Virus record (IMG/VR): IMGVR_UViG_3300037311_000047
Location: 1 to 37,453 of that record
Length of the DNA: 37,453 bases
Strand: one strand, 5' to 3'
Origin: a virus
Lineage: Duplodnaviria; Caudoviricetes
Shown here: piece after piece, positions 17,241-26,425 of the stretch
How positions within the stretch are numbered: the stretch's first letter is position 1
Layout: each line of letters starts with the position of its first letter
Made by a program: the position numbers and the translations under genes
The notes under the pieces: generated by a model
What the model saw: only the letters and a program-made list of their open reading frames with translations
Database searches by the model: none
What the model was told of the DNA's origin: nothing

Positions 17241-17492
17241 TGTCACCGGAGGCCCGTCTTAGCTGTCACCAGCTGTCACCGCCCCGGTGACAGCTAGACG
17301 TGAACAAAAACAAAACATTTTTCCTAGCTGTCATCGCGCGGTGACAGCTGCGGTGACAGCTGGGTGACAGATATCTCATTGAAAACTATAATATATTTTA
17401 TAATATCAATAACTTAGATAAGTGTCACCATAGGGGGGGGTTAAAGGCAGGAAATGGCCTCAAAAGGCATACTCCTAGGGCTCGCGGTGACA
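17241..17492. repeat. Probable replication origin: TGTCACC iterons, AT-rich tract, IHF site
   Basis: Ten TGTCACC/GGTGACA copies (17241, 17264, 17274, 17286, 17329 variant, 17340, 17352, 17363, 17423, 17486); AT-rich 17371-17422; TATCAATAACTTA at 17404-17416. Confidence 0.75.
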
Positions 17493-17502
17493 CTTAAAAA
17501 TT

Positions 17503-17539
17503 GTTCTTTGTTCGTTCGCATTCTTGACCATTTGGTCAA
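17503..17539 (+). promoter_or_regulatory. Alphaproteobacterial LexA box plus palindrome upstream of the NusG-like gene
   Basis: GTTC-TTTGTTC-GTTC at 17503-17517; TTGACCA-TT-TGGTCAA at 17524-17539. Confidence 0.5.
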
Positions 17540-17636
17540 ATGCCGCGTCCGGCTTGCTCCATGGCCCGCTCATGAGCTATGCAGGGCGTGCCGCCGTTCG
17601 CTTGGGCCTTGCGTCTCCCTGTTGGAGGCGAGGCCA

Positions 17637-18269
17637 ATGATCAGCCGATTGAGCCGCTGGGCGCGTGACGCCGAGCGCGTGACGACAGGGCATCGCCCGT
17701 CGAGGGACCGGCGCTTGCGCGAGGTTGATGAGACGAGGGGCAAGCCTGCCGAGCGGGCGGCGCTGGGCGACCATGGCGCGTGGATGGTGGTGATGACTGC
17801 GCCCAATGCCGAGGCCTCCGCGATCGTGGAGCTTGAGCGTGCCGGCTGGACGGCGTGGCGGCCGGTCGGGCGGGTGGTCATCACCCAGGCTGCGCGGCGT
17901 GTGCGGCGGACAGTCTGGCGCAGCGTGTTCCCGCGCTATGTGTTCGTGCGCGGCGAGGGCCATGCGCCGGTGATGGCGTGTCGCTCGGTGACGAGGCTGT
18001 TGCCGGAGCGTGCGCCGGCCGCGCTGGTGGCGGAGCTGAGCGCCCGGCAGGCGGAGGGCGCGTTTGACGCGCGGCCTCCTGAGGCTTTTGCAGCGGGCGC
18101 GGCGGGGCATGTCCGGATCGCCGACAGCGCCGATCCGATTGCGGCGATCGTGCAGCTCGGCGAGGGCGCGCGCATCGTGGTGCTGATGCGCCTCTTGGGC
18201 CGCTGGCATGAGGTGAGCGTGGCGCGCGAGCGGTTCCAGCTTGACGATGTGCCGGCGCTTGTGGCATGA
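17637..18269 (+). CDS. NusG-family transcription antitermination factor (late regulator)
   Basis: WMVVMTAPNAE...WRP...VFPRYVFV NGN pattern and KOW-like C-terminus; directly upstream of the terminase genes. Confidence 0.75.
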   Translation: MISRLSRWARDAERVTTGHRPSRDRRLREVDETRGKPAERAALGDHGAWMVVMTAPNAEASAIVELERAGWTAWRPVGRVVITQAARRVRRTVWRSVFPRYVFVRGEGHAPVMACRSVTRLLPERAPAALVAELSARQAEGAFDARPPEAFAAGAAGHVRIADSADPIAAIVQLGEGARIVVLMRLLGRWHEVSVARERFQLDDVPALVA

Positions 18270-18488
18270 GCGGTGGCAATGACGAGGTGGTTCGCGTCGA
18301 TGGATGCACCCTCGTGAAGGCTTGTGCCTTCGATTTCCCCGACATCCCTCTCTGCATTGCGCGCTCCTCGCTGCGCCGCGCCTGAGCCGGCAGCCGTGAA
18401 CACGGCTGACATGCGGCCGTTGCCGTCAACGCCGGGCGCGATGCAGCGTCATGTGCCGGCGAATGTCAGCAAGCTCAGGACACTCTCC

Positions 18489-18833
18489 ATGCCGAACACC
18501 AAGCCGAATTGCCCGACGAAAGTGTCGCCCAAGGCGAAGGGCATGGGACGGCCGAAAGGGTCGAAAAACAAGATCCCCGTGTTGCTCAAGCATGCCATCA
18601 TGCTGGCGGCGGAGCAGGTTGGCCAGGACGGCACGGGCAAGGACGGCTTGGTCGGCTATTGCCGTTTCCTGGCGCAGGCGGAGCCCAAGGCGTTCGCGGC
18701 GCTGATGGGCCGCGTGTTGCCGCTTGAGGTGGTCGGTGCGGGCGGCGCGCCGCTGTCGATCGAAATCAAGACGATCTACGAGGATCGGCCGGCCAAGCCG
18801 CCCATGGTGATCGACGGCGTGATTGACGCATGA
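18489..18833 (+). CDS. terS: Terminase small subunit
   Basis: GRPKGSKNK motif, EPKAFAALMGRVLP; coupled to the large terminase. Confidence 0.75.
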   Translation: MPNTKPNCPTKVSPKAKGMGRPKGSKNKIPVLLKHAIMLAAEQVGQDGTGKDGLVGYCRFLAQAEPKAFAALMGRVLPLEVVGAGGAPLSIEIKTIYEDRPAKPPMVIDGVIDA

Positions 18834-20221
18834 AGCTCGCGCTGGAACGGCGCGTCCGCTGGTATCAGCGGCCCCTCTATGAGCATTTCACGGCCCATGC
18901 CGACGCGAGGGCGATCGAGATCGCGCATCGCCGTTGGGGCAAAGACGAGGTGGCGTTGTGGGGCACGTGCGAGTGGATGCTCAAGCGGCCTGCCTCCTAT
19001 TGGCATTGCTTGCCGCAATTCGAGCAGGCGCGGCGCGCGCTGTGGACGGCGGTCAACCCGCGATCCGGCAAGCGCCGGATCGACGAGGCGTTTCCGCCGG
19101 AGCTGCGCGAGAACACAAATGAGCAGGAGATGTTCATTCGCTTCAAGAACGGCGCGACCTGGCAGTTGATCGGCAGTGATCGGTACAACACGCTGGTCGG
19201 CGCGGGCGTCGCGGGCGTGGTGTTCTCGGAATGGGCGCTCGCGAACCCTTCGTCGTGGGCTTACATCCGACCGATGGTCGAAGAGAACGGCGGCTATGCG
19301 CTGTTCATCACCACGCCGCGTGGGCGCAACCATGCCCATGCGATGTACGAGATGGCGAAAGGTGCGCCGCGGTGGTTTGCTGAGCTCTCGTCCATTCAGG
19401 ACACGGGTGCGCTGTCGGCGGACGCGATCGCGGAGGCCAAGGCTGAGTATGCCTCGCTTTATGGCGAGGATGTCGGCCACGCCCAATTCGAGCAAGAGTA
19501 TTTGTGCTCGTTCAACGCCTCGATCATGGGCGCGTTCTACGCCCGCGAGATGGCCAAGGTCAGGGCCGAGGGGCGCATCACGGCCTTTGAGCCCAAGGCG
19601 GGCCCCGTGCATCGCGCCTGGGACATTGGCGTCGACGATGACACTTCGATCTGGTGGTTTCAGTTGGTGCGCGGCGTCGTGCATCTGATCGACTGCTACA
19701 GTAACCACTCGGCAGGCGTCGACCACTATGCCGAGGAGTGCCGCAAACGCGGGTGGCCTCAGGGCAATGACTATGTGCCCCATGACGCCAAGGCGATGGA
19801 GTGGGGCGGCGGTCGGACGCGCGTCGAACAGATGATGCGCCATGGCCTCAACCCGATCGTCGTTCCGATGGCGAGCAAGGCCGATGGCATCCAGGCGGCC
19901 CGTTTGACGCTCCAAACGGCGGTTTTTCACGCGCGGACGGAACAGCACGGCGTCGCGGCGCTCGAGATGTACCGGCGCAAGTGGGATGACCAGCGCAAGA
20001 TCTTCTCGGCTGACGAATATCGCGATTGGTCGACGCACCTGGCGGACGCCTTTCGGTATCTGGCGCTGGCATGGCGAGAGGATCGGCCGAAACCGCGCGA
20101 GCCGGAGCGCCCGCGCGAGCTTGTGCTTGAGGGGCGCTCGGACGGGTCGATTGTGGGCAACATGAGCGTGCGCGAGGCCGTGGAGGCCATGGCGCGCCGA
20201 CGGCAACGGGAGATGACATGA
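18830..20221 (+). CDS. terL: Terminase large subunit
   Basis: HRRWGKD Walker A, VVFSE Walker B, ITTPRG, AWDIG nuclease motif, HLADAFRY. Confidence 0.93.
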   Translation: MKLALERRVRWYQRPLYEHFTAHADARAIEIAHRRWGKDEVALWGTCEWMLKRPASYWHCLPQFEQARRALWTAVNPRSGKRRIDEAFPPELRENTNEQEMFIRFKNGATWQLIGSDRYNTLVGAGVAGVVFSEWALANPSSWAYIRPMVEENGGYALFITTPRGRNHAHAMYEMAKGAPRWFAELSSIQDTGALSADAIAEAKAEYASLYGEDVGHAQFEQEYLCSFNASIMGAFYAREMAKVRAEGRITAFEPKAGPVHRAWDIGVDDDTSIWWFQLVRGVVHLIDCYSNHSAGVDHYAEECRKRGWPQGNDYVPHDAKAMEWGGGRTRVEQMMRHGLNPIVVPMASKADGIQAARLTLQTAVFHARTEQHGVAALEMYRRKWDDQRKIFSADEYRDWSTHLADAFRYLALAWREDRPKPREPERPRELVLEGRSDGSIVGNMSVREAVEAMARRRQREMT

Positions 20222-20520
20222 TACCGATTTCGCCCATCGGCGCTGGCGTCGCCGTCTCTGCGTCGACCACAAGCGCGTCGTCCGCCCTGACTATTCCGGC
20301 GACGCCGGAAACCGCAATCCGCGCCGTCAACGCCTCGGCTTCCATCGCCTATGTGCGGGTGACCGTGGGCGCGAGCACGGCCGTGAACACGGACACTGCG
20401 ATTGCCCCGAACAGCGAAACGATCATCCGCGTCGGCAATTCTAAGGGCTTCACGCATGTCGCCGCGCTGTTGGCATCGGGGACCGGCATCGTGCATTTCC
20501 AGCCAGTCGTGGTTGACTGA
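20218..20520 (+). CDS. Hypothetical beta-rich protein, probably virion-associated
   Basis: 100 aa, Ala/Ser/Thr/Val-rich, between terL and portal, coupled on both sides. Confidence 0.6.
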   Translation: MIPISPIGAGVAVSASTTSASSALTIPATPETAIRAVNASASIAYVRVTVGASTAVNTDTAIAPNSETIIRVGNSKGFTHVAALLASGTGIVHFQPVVVD

Positions 20521-22604
20521 TGCTGGACGTGGCCGCCTCCACCAAGTCGGACGCTCCCGACGAGCGCGTGGCGCGCTGGCATCAGGCGATCCAGGCGGCG
20601 CAGGCGGAAGAAAAGACGTGGCGCGATGAGGCGTGCGAGGCGGAGGCCGCCTATCGCTCCAGCAAGGAGAGCAAGCTCAAGAGCTTCAACCTGCACCACG
20701 CCAATATCGAGCTCTTGGCAGCGACGGTCTATTCGAGCCCGCCCGTGCCGGACATCCGCACGCGCTTTGGCGAGCCCAATGCGGCGGCGAAGCTGGCGGC
20801 CGACATGCTGGAGCGCGCCATCAGCTACACGATGGACGATGATGACGATGCGTTCGCGGAGGCCGCGACGCTCGCCGTGATCGACATGCTCAACGCCGGG
20901 CGCGGCCTCATTCGCGTGCGCTATGAGCCGACGGTCGAAGGCGATGGACCGATGGCGCGGCTCACCGATCAGCGCGTGCGGGTCGAGTATGTGCCATGGC
21001 GGCGCTTCGTGCGCGGGCCGGGCGTGACTTGGGCGCAAGTGCCGTGGTGCGCCTTCGAGCACTATCTCGACCGCGAGGAAGTGGCCCGACTGCTTGGGCC
21101 CGAGCGGGCCGATGCCATCCGCGACATCCCGTTCACGCATTCGGCCGCGACGGATGACAAGGACAAGCGGCGCGACGGCGAGGCCGTTGCCGAGGAATTC
21201 CAGCGCGCCAAGGTGTTCGAGGTGTGGGACAAGCGGGACAAGACCGTGACGTTCCTTTGCCCCGACTACAAGGCGGGCCCGATTGCCGAGATGCCGGACC
21301 CGCTGGGTTGGCGCGGGTTCTGGCCATTTCCAAGGCCGATGCAGGCGGTGGCGAGCCATGGCTCGCTGACGCCGGTGTGCCCGTTGACGGTCTATCGCGA
21401 TCTCATCGACCAGCTTGGCGAGGTGTCGCGGCGCATCACCCGGCTCGTCAAGCAATTGAAGCCGCGCGGCGGCTATGTCGGCACGGGCATGGATGTGAAA
21501 GCCATGATCGAGGCCGATGATGGCGAGATGGTCCCGCTCGGCGGGCGCGAGGCGCAGCTTTCGACGGGCGCGTTCAACGTCAACCAGCTCCTCACCTGGT
21601 TTCCGATAGAACCGACGGTGCTGGCCATTCGCGAGCTGATGGCGCAGCGCGAGAGCATCAAGGCCAACATCTACGAGGTGACGGGCATCGCTGACATCAT
21701 GCGCGGCGCGTCCGACCCGCGCGAGACGATGGGCGCCCAGCAGATCAAGGCGCAGTTCGGGTCGATCCGCGTGCGCTCGCGCCAGGCGGAGGTGGCCCGC
21801 TTCATGCGCGATCTGGTGCGGATCAAGGCGCACATCCTCGCCACGCAATTCGAGCCCGAGCGTTTGATGAGCATGACCTCTATTCGCCTGTTGCCCAAGG
21901 TCCAGCGCGACATGGCGCGCCAGCAAGCGCAGGCCAATCCGCAGCTCGCCATGCAGATCGCGGCGGAGCAGCCGGAGCTTGTGCAGGCTGTGCAGGGGCC
22001 GGCGCTCGAGGAAGTGGTGGGCATCCTGCGCTCGGACGTGATGCGGTCCTATGTGATCGACATCGAAACGGACAGCACGATCCGCGGCGACATGATGCGC
22101 AATCAGGAACAGATGAGCGCGTTTCTGGCCGGGACCGGGCAGTTCATGTCGGCGATTGGTCCGGCCGTGCGCGAGGGGGCGATCCCGCAGCAAGTGGCGG
22201 TCGAAATCTACAGCGCCTTCGCCCGATCGTTCCAGCTCGGAAAATCGGTCGAGGACGCGCTCGCGCAATTGTCGAAGCAGGCGAGCCAAAGCCAGCCGCA
22301 GGGGCAAGGTGCGCAAGGACAAGGCGTTCAAGGGCAAGCTGACCAGCAGCGCGCCGCGGTGGACGCCCAAGCGGCGCAAGCCGATGCCCAGCTCAAGGCC
22401 CTGCGCCTTGAATTCGAGAAAGAGCGCGAGGGACTGCGCGCGCAGATCGAGGAAATGAAGCTGAGCCTCAAGCGCTACGACATCGACACCAAGGACCGTC
22501 GCGAGCGCGAGATTGCCGGGGCCAAGCTGCAGCAACAGGACCGCAGCGCGGCCTTGGCGGCCATGAGCAAGGCCAGCGCGCCGGCCTATCCGGGGCCGGC
22601 CTGA
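20520..22604 (+). CDS. Portal protein (podovirus-like, with C-terminal coiled-coil barrel)
   Basis: 694 aa after terL; IYEVTGIADIMRGAS...ETMGAQQIK; Gln-rich coiled-coil tail. Confidence 0.85.
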   Translation: MLDVAASTKSDAPDERVARWHQAIQAAQAEEKTWRDEACEAEAAYRSSKESKLKSFNLHHANIELLAATVYSSPPVPDIRTRFGEPNAAAKLAADMLERAISYTMDDDDDAFAEAATLAVIDMLNAGRGLIRVRYEPTVEGDGPMARLTDQRVRVEYVPWRRFVRGPGVTWAQVPWCAFEHYLDREEVARLLGPERADAIRDIPFTHSAATDDKDKRRDGEAVAEEFQRAKVFEVWDKRDKTVTFLCPDYKAGPIAEMPDPLGWRGFWPFPRPMQAVASHGSLTPVCPLTVYRDLIDQLGEVSRRITRLVKQLKPRGGYVGTGMDVKAMIEADDGEMVPLGGREAQLSTGAFNVNQLLTWFPIEPTVLAIRELMAQRESIKANIYEVTGIADIMRGASDPRETMGAQQIKAQFGSIRVRSRQAEVARFMRDLVRIKAHILATQFEPERLMSMTSIRLLPKVQRDMARQQAQANPQLAMQIAAEQPELVQAVQGPALEEVVGILRSDVMRSYVIDIETDSTIRGDMMRNQEQMSAFLAGTGQFMSAIGPAVREGAIPQQVAVEIYSAFARSFQLGKSVEDALAQLSKQASQSQPQGQGAQGQGVQGQADQQRAAVDAQAAQADAQLKALRLEFEKEREGLRAQIEEMKLSLKRYDIDTKDRREREIAGAKLQQQDRSAALAAMSKASAPAYPGPA

Positions 22605-22664
22605 GTTTTTCGCTTTAAGCGAAACCGCGCCCACGGCATTGGGCACCTTGAAAGGAGGCTCGAA

Positions 22665-22898
22665 ATGGAGCCGATTGAAAAGACCGAAGGCGGTAAAGCC
22701 GTCGTGATGGATTATGCCCCGATTACTGATGAGCAGAAGACTGCAGCGCGTGAGGCCAAGGCGCTGGCCGCAGCGTATTTCAACAAGATCGTTGAATGTG
22801 AGCAAAAGTTCGGCCGCCACCGCGATTTCTCTTTGGCAAAAACCAAAGTTCAGGAAGCGAGCATGTGGCTCACGCGCGGCCTGACAAATCCTGAGTGA
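22665..22898 (+). CDS. Acb2/Tad1-like helical-hairpin protein (candidate immune-signal sponge)
   Basis: Y..ITDEQK...RDFSLAKTKVQEASMWLTRGLTNPE; strong AAGGAGG RBS. Confidence 0.7.
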   Translation: MEPIEKTEGGKAVVMDYAPITDEQKTAAREAKALAAAYFNKIVECEQKFGRHRDFSLAKTKVQEASMWLTRGLTNPE

Positions 22899-22899
22899 C

Positions 22900-23178
22900 A
22901 TGGCCCGCTATCGATGGAATGGGGTTGGGTTCGTCGACCGCCAGACCGGCGAGCCCATGCTGATCCGCGATCCGAACGCCGTTTGCGCGCCGATGGTCAT
23001 GCGCGACGTGCCCGAATATCGCTCCCCGATCGACGGGACGCTGATCACCTCGCGCTCGCACCAGCGCGAGGATTTGAAGCGCCATGACTGCGTGATCGTC
23101 GATCCTCCGCGCAGGCCGCGCGGCTACCGCAACCCGCGCTTCGCGGCGAAGCACGGGCTCACCCTCACAGAGAGCTAA
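22900..23178 (+). CDS. Hypothetical protein upstream of the scaffold
   Basis: 92 aa, YRSPIDGTLITSRSHQREDLKRHDC. Confidence 0.7.
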   Translation: MARYRWNGVGFVDRQTGEPMLIRDPNAVCAPMVMRDVPEYRSPIDGTLITSRSHQREDLKRHDCVIVDPPRRPRGYRNPRFAAKHGLTLTES

Positions 23179-23181
23179 TGC

Positions 23182-24213
23182 ATGAGCGACGCCACCCTCG
23201 ATCCCGTCGTCAACGAAGCGCCCGCGCCTGTCACCGAAGCGCCAGCAACGCCGGCCACGCCGCCAGCGGAGGCTCCCGCGCCGTCCTTGCGCGACACCGC
23301 GACGGAGGTGTGGGAGAAGCTCAACGCCGCCCGTGACGCCAAGGGCCGCTTTGCCGGCGGGGAACCAAAGGCCGCACCCGATGGCCAGGCGGCCACGCCC
23401 GCGGCTCCGGAAGCGCCCGCCATCAAGCCCGTCGATGCGGGCCCGGCCATGCCAGCTTCATGGTCGAAGGACAAGGCGGAGCTTTGGGGAAAGCTGGACC
23501 CGGATGTGCGCGGCATCATCGCCCAGCGCGAGATGGAATTCACGCGCGGCATCCAGCGCTATGCCCAGTCCGCCAAGATGGCGGAGGAATTCGAGCGACT
23601 GTTCGCGCCTCATGCGCAGCGCCTTCAGGCGCAGGGCATGAACGCAGTCGCCGCGACGCAGCGCCTTCTTGCGGCGCAGGACTATCTTGATCGCGATCCG
23701 GTCGCGGCCCTCCAATGGCTCGCCCGGTCCTATGGCGTGCGCCTTGATGGCGCTCCCAATCCCTCGCCCTCGCAGCCCAGCGACGCCGCGCCGGTTGATC
23801 CGCGCGTCGAGACCTTGGCCCAGCGCTTGGAGCGAATGGAGCGGGAGCTTCAAGAGCGCGCCGCTCAGGAGGTCGCGGAAACTCGCACTGCCGTTCGGAC
23901 GGAAGTGGAAGCCTTCGCCAAGGCTCATCCGCTCTTCGACGAGGTGCGCGAGCACATGGGCCAACTGATCGCGGCAGGGCTCGCGACCACGATGGACCAA
24001 GCCTATGAACAGGCCGTTTGGGCAAACCCCGTCACCCGCCAGAAGCAGCTTGATGCCCAGCTTAAGGCGCAGAACGAGAAGGCCGCCCAGGAGGCCGCGA
24101 AAGCCAAGCAGGCTGGCGCGATCAACGTCCGATCTGGACCCGCCGCCATGCCCGCTCCCCGCAACATGCGTGACACCATTTCCCAGACATGGGACCGGCT
24201 GCACGCCTCTTGA
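23182..24213 (+). CDS. Capsid scaffolding protein
   Basis: Pro/Ala-rich N-terminus, RDAKGRF, PASW, helical body; immediately upstream of the capsid gene. Confidence 0.75.
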   Translation: MSDATLDPVVNEAPAPVTEAPATPATPPAEAPAPSLRDTATEVWEKLNAARDAKGRFAGGEPKAAPDGQAATPAAPEAPAIKPVDAGPAMPASWSKDKAELWGKLDPDVRGIIAQREMEFTRGIQRYAQSAKMAEEFERLFAPHAQRLQAQGMNAVAATQRLLAAQDYLDRDPVAALQWLARSYGVRLDGAPNPSPSQPSDAAPVDPRVETLAQRLERMERELQERAAQEVAETRTAVRTEVEAFAKAHPLFDEVREHMGQLIAAGLATTMDQAYEQAVWANPVTRQKQLDAQLKAQNEKAAQEAAKAKQAGAINVRSGPAAMPAPRNMRDTISQTWDRLHAS

Positions 24214-24229
24214 GATGAGGATTTGAGCG

Positions 24230-25195
24230 ATGCCCTCGGCAAACGCCACCTTCACGGAAATGGTGACGACAACCCTTCGCAATCACGCGACGGCCGTCAC
24301 CGACAACATCACGAACAACAACGCGCTGCTTGCGACCATGAAGAAGCGCGGCAACATCGTCACCAAGAGCGGCGGCTACGAGATTGCCCAGCCGATCTCT
24401 TATGACGAAAACAAGACTTATCAGCGTTTTTCTGGCCTCGATACGCTGAACATCAACCAGTCCGAGGTTCTGTCGGCCGCCAAGTACGACTGGATGCAGG
24501 CAGCCATTCACGTCATCGCGTCCGGTCGCGAACTGCGGATGAACGCCGGCAAGGAGCAGATGATCGATCTCGTTGCCGAGCGCATCGAGGCGGCCATCGC
24601 CACCGCTGCGAACAACCTGTCGATCGATCTCTACAGCGACGGGTCGCTGACGAACCAGATCGGCGGGCTGGCGCACATCATCCAGACCAACGGTCAGGGC
24701 ACGGTCGGTGGCATCAACTCGGCCACCTACACCACCTGGCGCAATCAGTTCCGCGAAATCACCGGGTCCAACACATGGACCAAGGCGACCATTCGCGGCG
24801 AGATGAACCAGCTCTTTCTGTCCTGCACCATCGGCGCGGACAAGCCCGACCTCCTCGTGGCGAGTCATGACTTCTACTCGGCCTACGAGGAAAGCCTGCA
24901 GGATCAGCAGCGCTATGCGGACGCGAATTCGGCGGCGGCCGGCTTCGAGACGCTGCGCTACAAGTCCGCGTCCATCATCTTCGACAGCAACACCAACTTC
25001 GGCACGACGGCAGAGAGGATGTATTTCCTCAACACCAAGTACCTGAAGCTGGTGCAGCACAAGGATGCGCAGTGGACGGAGGACGACGAAAAGAAGCCGA
25101 TCAATCAGGATGGCGTCGTCATCCCGATGTACTGGATGGGTAATCTGATCTGCGGCTCCCGTCGCCGTCAGGGCATCCTCATCGACGCCGTGTGA
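24230..25195 (+). CDS. Major capsid protein
   Basis: 321 aa, strongly biased codons, position after the scaffold; TVGGIN..TWRN and YFLNT motifs. Confidence 0.88.
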   Translation: MPSANATFTEMVTTTLRNHATAVTDNITNNNALLATMKKRGNIVTKSGGYEIAQPISYDENKTYQRFSGLDTLNINQSEVLSAAKYDWMQAAIHVIASGRELRMNAGKEQMIDLVAERIEAAIATAANNLSIDLYSDGSLTNQIGGLAHIIQTNGQGTVGGINSATYTTWRNQFREITGSNTWTKATIRGEMNQLFLSCTIGADKPDLLVASHDFYSAYEESLQDQQRYADANSAAAGFETLRYKSASIIFDSNTNFGTTAERMYFLNTKYLKLVQHKDAQWTEDDEKKPINQDGVVIPMYWMGNLICGSRRRQGILIDAV

Positions 25196-25210
25196 GAAGG
25201 ACAAACGACC

Positions 25211-25696
25211 ATGGCAAGCCTCATCGGCATGAACATCTCGGAAACCTACACCTCCGAGGAACTGCGCAATCAGGGCAAGGGCTTTGGCCTCGGTGACCGC
25301 ACCGAGGACAATGCCGGCAACGAGTTCGTGTTTGTTCAGGCGTCGGCCGCCATCGCCCTTGGCGATGTCGTGTCGCTCACTCGGGCGAACGCGGCGGCCA
25401 ACCTGACCACCACCGCAAGCCCCCGTGGCCAGCGCGTGGCGGTCGCGGTCGCGGCCATCGCGGCGAACAGCTTTGGATGGGTGCAGATTTATGGCGCGAA
25501 CGACGCGATCAGCGTCGGCGCGTCCTGCGCCGCCAATGCGCGCCTGAACACCACCACGACCGGCGGCCGTCTGGACGATGACGCCGGCACCGGCACGAAG
25601 GTGATCGACGGCCTCGTCCTCACCACCGCGCGCGGCGGCACGGACGGAACCGCGCCGGGCATGCTCTACCATCCGATGGTCGGCGCGACCCTCTGA
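25211..25696 (+). CDS. Head decoration / cement protein
   Basis: Ala/Gly/Thr-rich, FVFVQA...FGWVQIYG; follows the capsid gene and precedes a terminator. Confidence 0.65.
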   Translation: MASLIGMNISETYTSEELRNQGKGFGLGDRTEDNAGNEFVFVQASAAIALGDVVSLTRANAAANLTTTASPRGQRVAVAVAAIAANSFGWVQIYGANDAISVGASCAANARLNTTTTGGRLDDDAGTGTKVIDGLVLTTARGGTDGTAPGMLYHPMVGATL

Positions 25697-25722
25697 GGCG
25701 CGCTGATCTGACGTCACGCACG

Positions 25723-25758
25723 GCCCCCGGCATCGCGCCGGGGGCTTTCCTGTCTTTG
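25723..25758 (+). terminator. Rho-independent terminator
   Basis: GCCCCCGGC-ATCGC-GCCGGGGGC followed by TTTCCTGTCTTT. Confidence 0.75.
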
Positions 25759-25768
25759 GAGACCCCAC

Positions 25769-26425
25769 ATGAGCGCTCAAATCCGGATCGATGTCGAACG
25801 GTTCTACACCCGCTACCTGCCGGACCCGAACAACCCGGGAAAGCAAATCGCGGTCGATTACGTCGTCTATGGACCGGCCGGCGGACTGGACCGGATCAAG
25901 AACACCGAGCGCGTCTCGCGCCTCGCCAGCATTGAAGGCAAGGACGAGGTCGACAACCCGACCATCGCCATGGCCCGCCTGCGCTGGGAAGCGATCCGGC
26001 CTCGCTACGAGGCGTGGAAAGCCGGCCGCGAGATGGCGACCAACGGCACGCCGCTGTCCGCGTGGAACCTCCTGCAGCCCGAGGATGTGGACATGCTCCG
26101 CCTGCACCGCGTCTACACGGTGGAGGATGTGGCGGCCCTGACGGACGCCATGATCCACCGCATCGGCCTGCCGAACGGCCGCGACGTGGTGCGCCAGGCC
26201 AAGCTCTTCCTCGATAGCGCCGACCGCAACAAGATCAGCCAGGAGGCCGATGCGCTTCGCCAGCGCGTCGCGGCGCTCGAGGAGCAGCTCAAGCTTGGTC
26301 AATCGCCTCAGCCGAAGCGCGGCCGTCCGCGCAAGGCGCTTCCGCTGGATGCCGAAGCCGCGACCGAGGCCGCGACCGAAGCTGACTTGGCTGATGAGGC
26401 CGAGCTTGAGGACGAGGCGGCCTGA
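25769..26425 (+). CDS. Hypothetical morphogenesis-region protein with AT-hook-like motif
   Basis: 218 aa; YTVEDVAALTD segment, coiled coil, KRGRPRK, acidic tail. Confidence 0.7.
   Translation: MSAQIRIDVERFYTRYLPDPNNPGKQIAVDYVVYGPAGGLDRIKNTERVSRLASIEGKDEVDNPTIAMARLRWEAIRPRYEAWKAGREMATNGTPLSAWNLLQPEDVDMLRLHRVYTVEDVAALTDAMIHRIGLPNGRDVVRQAKLFLDSADRNKISQEADALRQRVAALEEQLKLGQSPQPKRGRPRKALPLDAEAATEAATEADLADEAELEDEAA

Noticed and set aside
17454-17636. Upstream extension of the NusG-like ORF
   Set aside because: It runs through iteron and promoter DNA; ATG 17637 has a GGAGG/GAGG RBS.
20349-22901. 850-aa minus-strand ORF, and similar long shadow ORFs (995-1933, 8571-10106, 18776-20272, 24122-26302, 33612-35186)
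   Set aside because: They are antisense to well-supported genes, have no recognisable motifs, and are expected in high-GC coding DNA.
25193-25213. Capsid stop is in frame with the decoration gene (possible read-through fusion)
   Set aside because: A one-in-three coincidence; the downstream gene has its own GAAGGA RBS and no read-through signal is evident.
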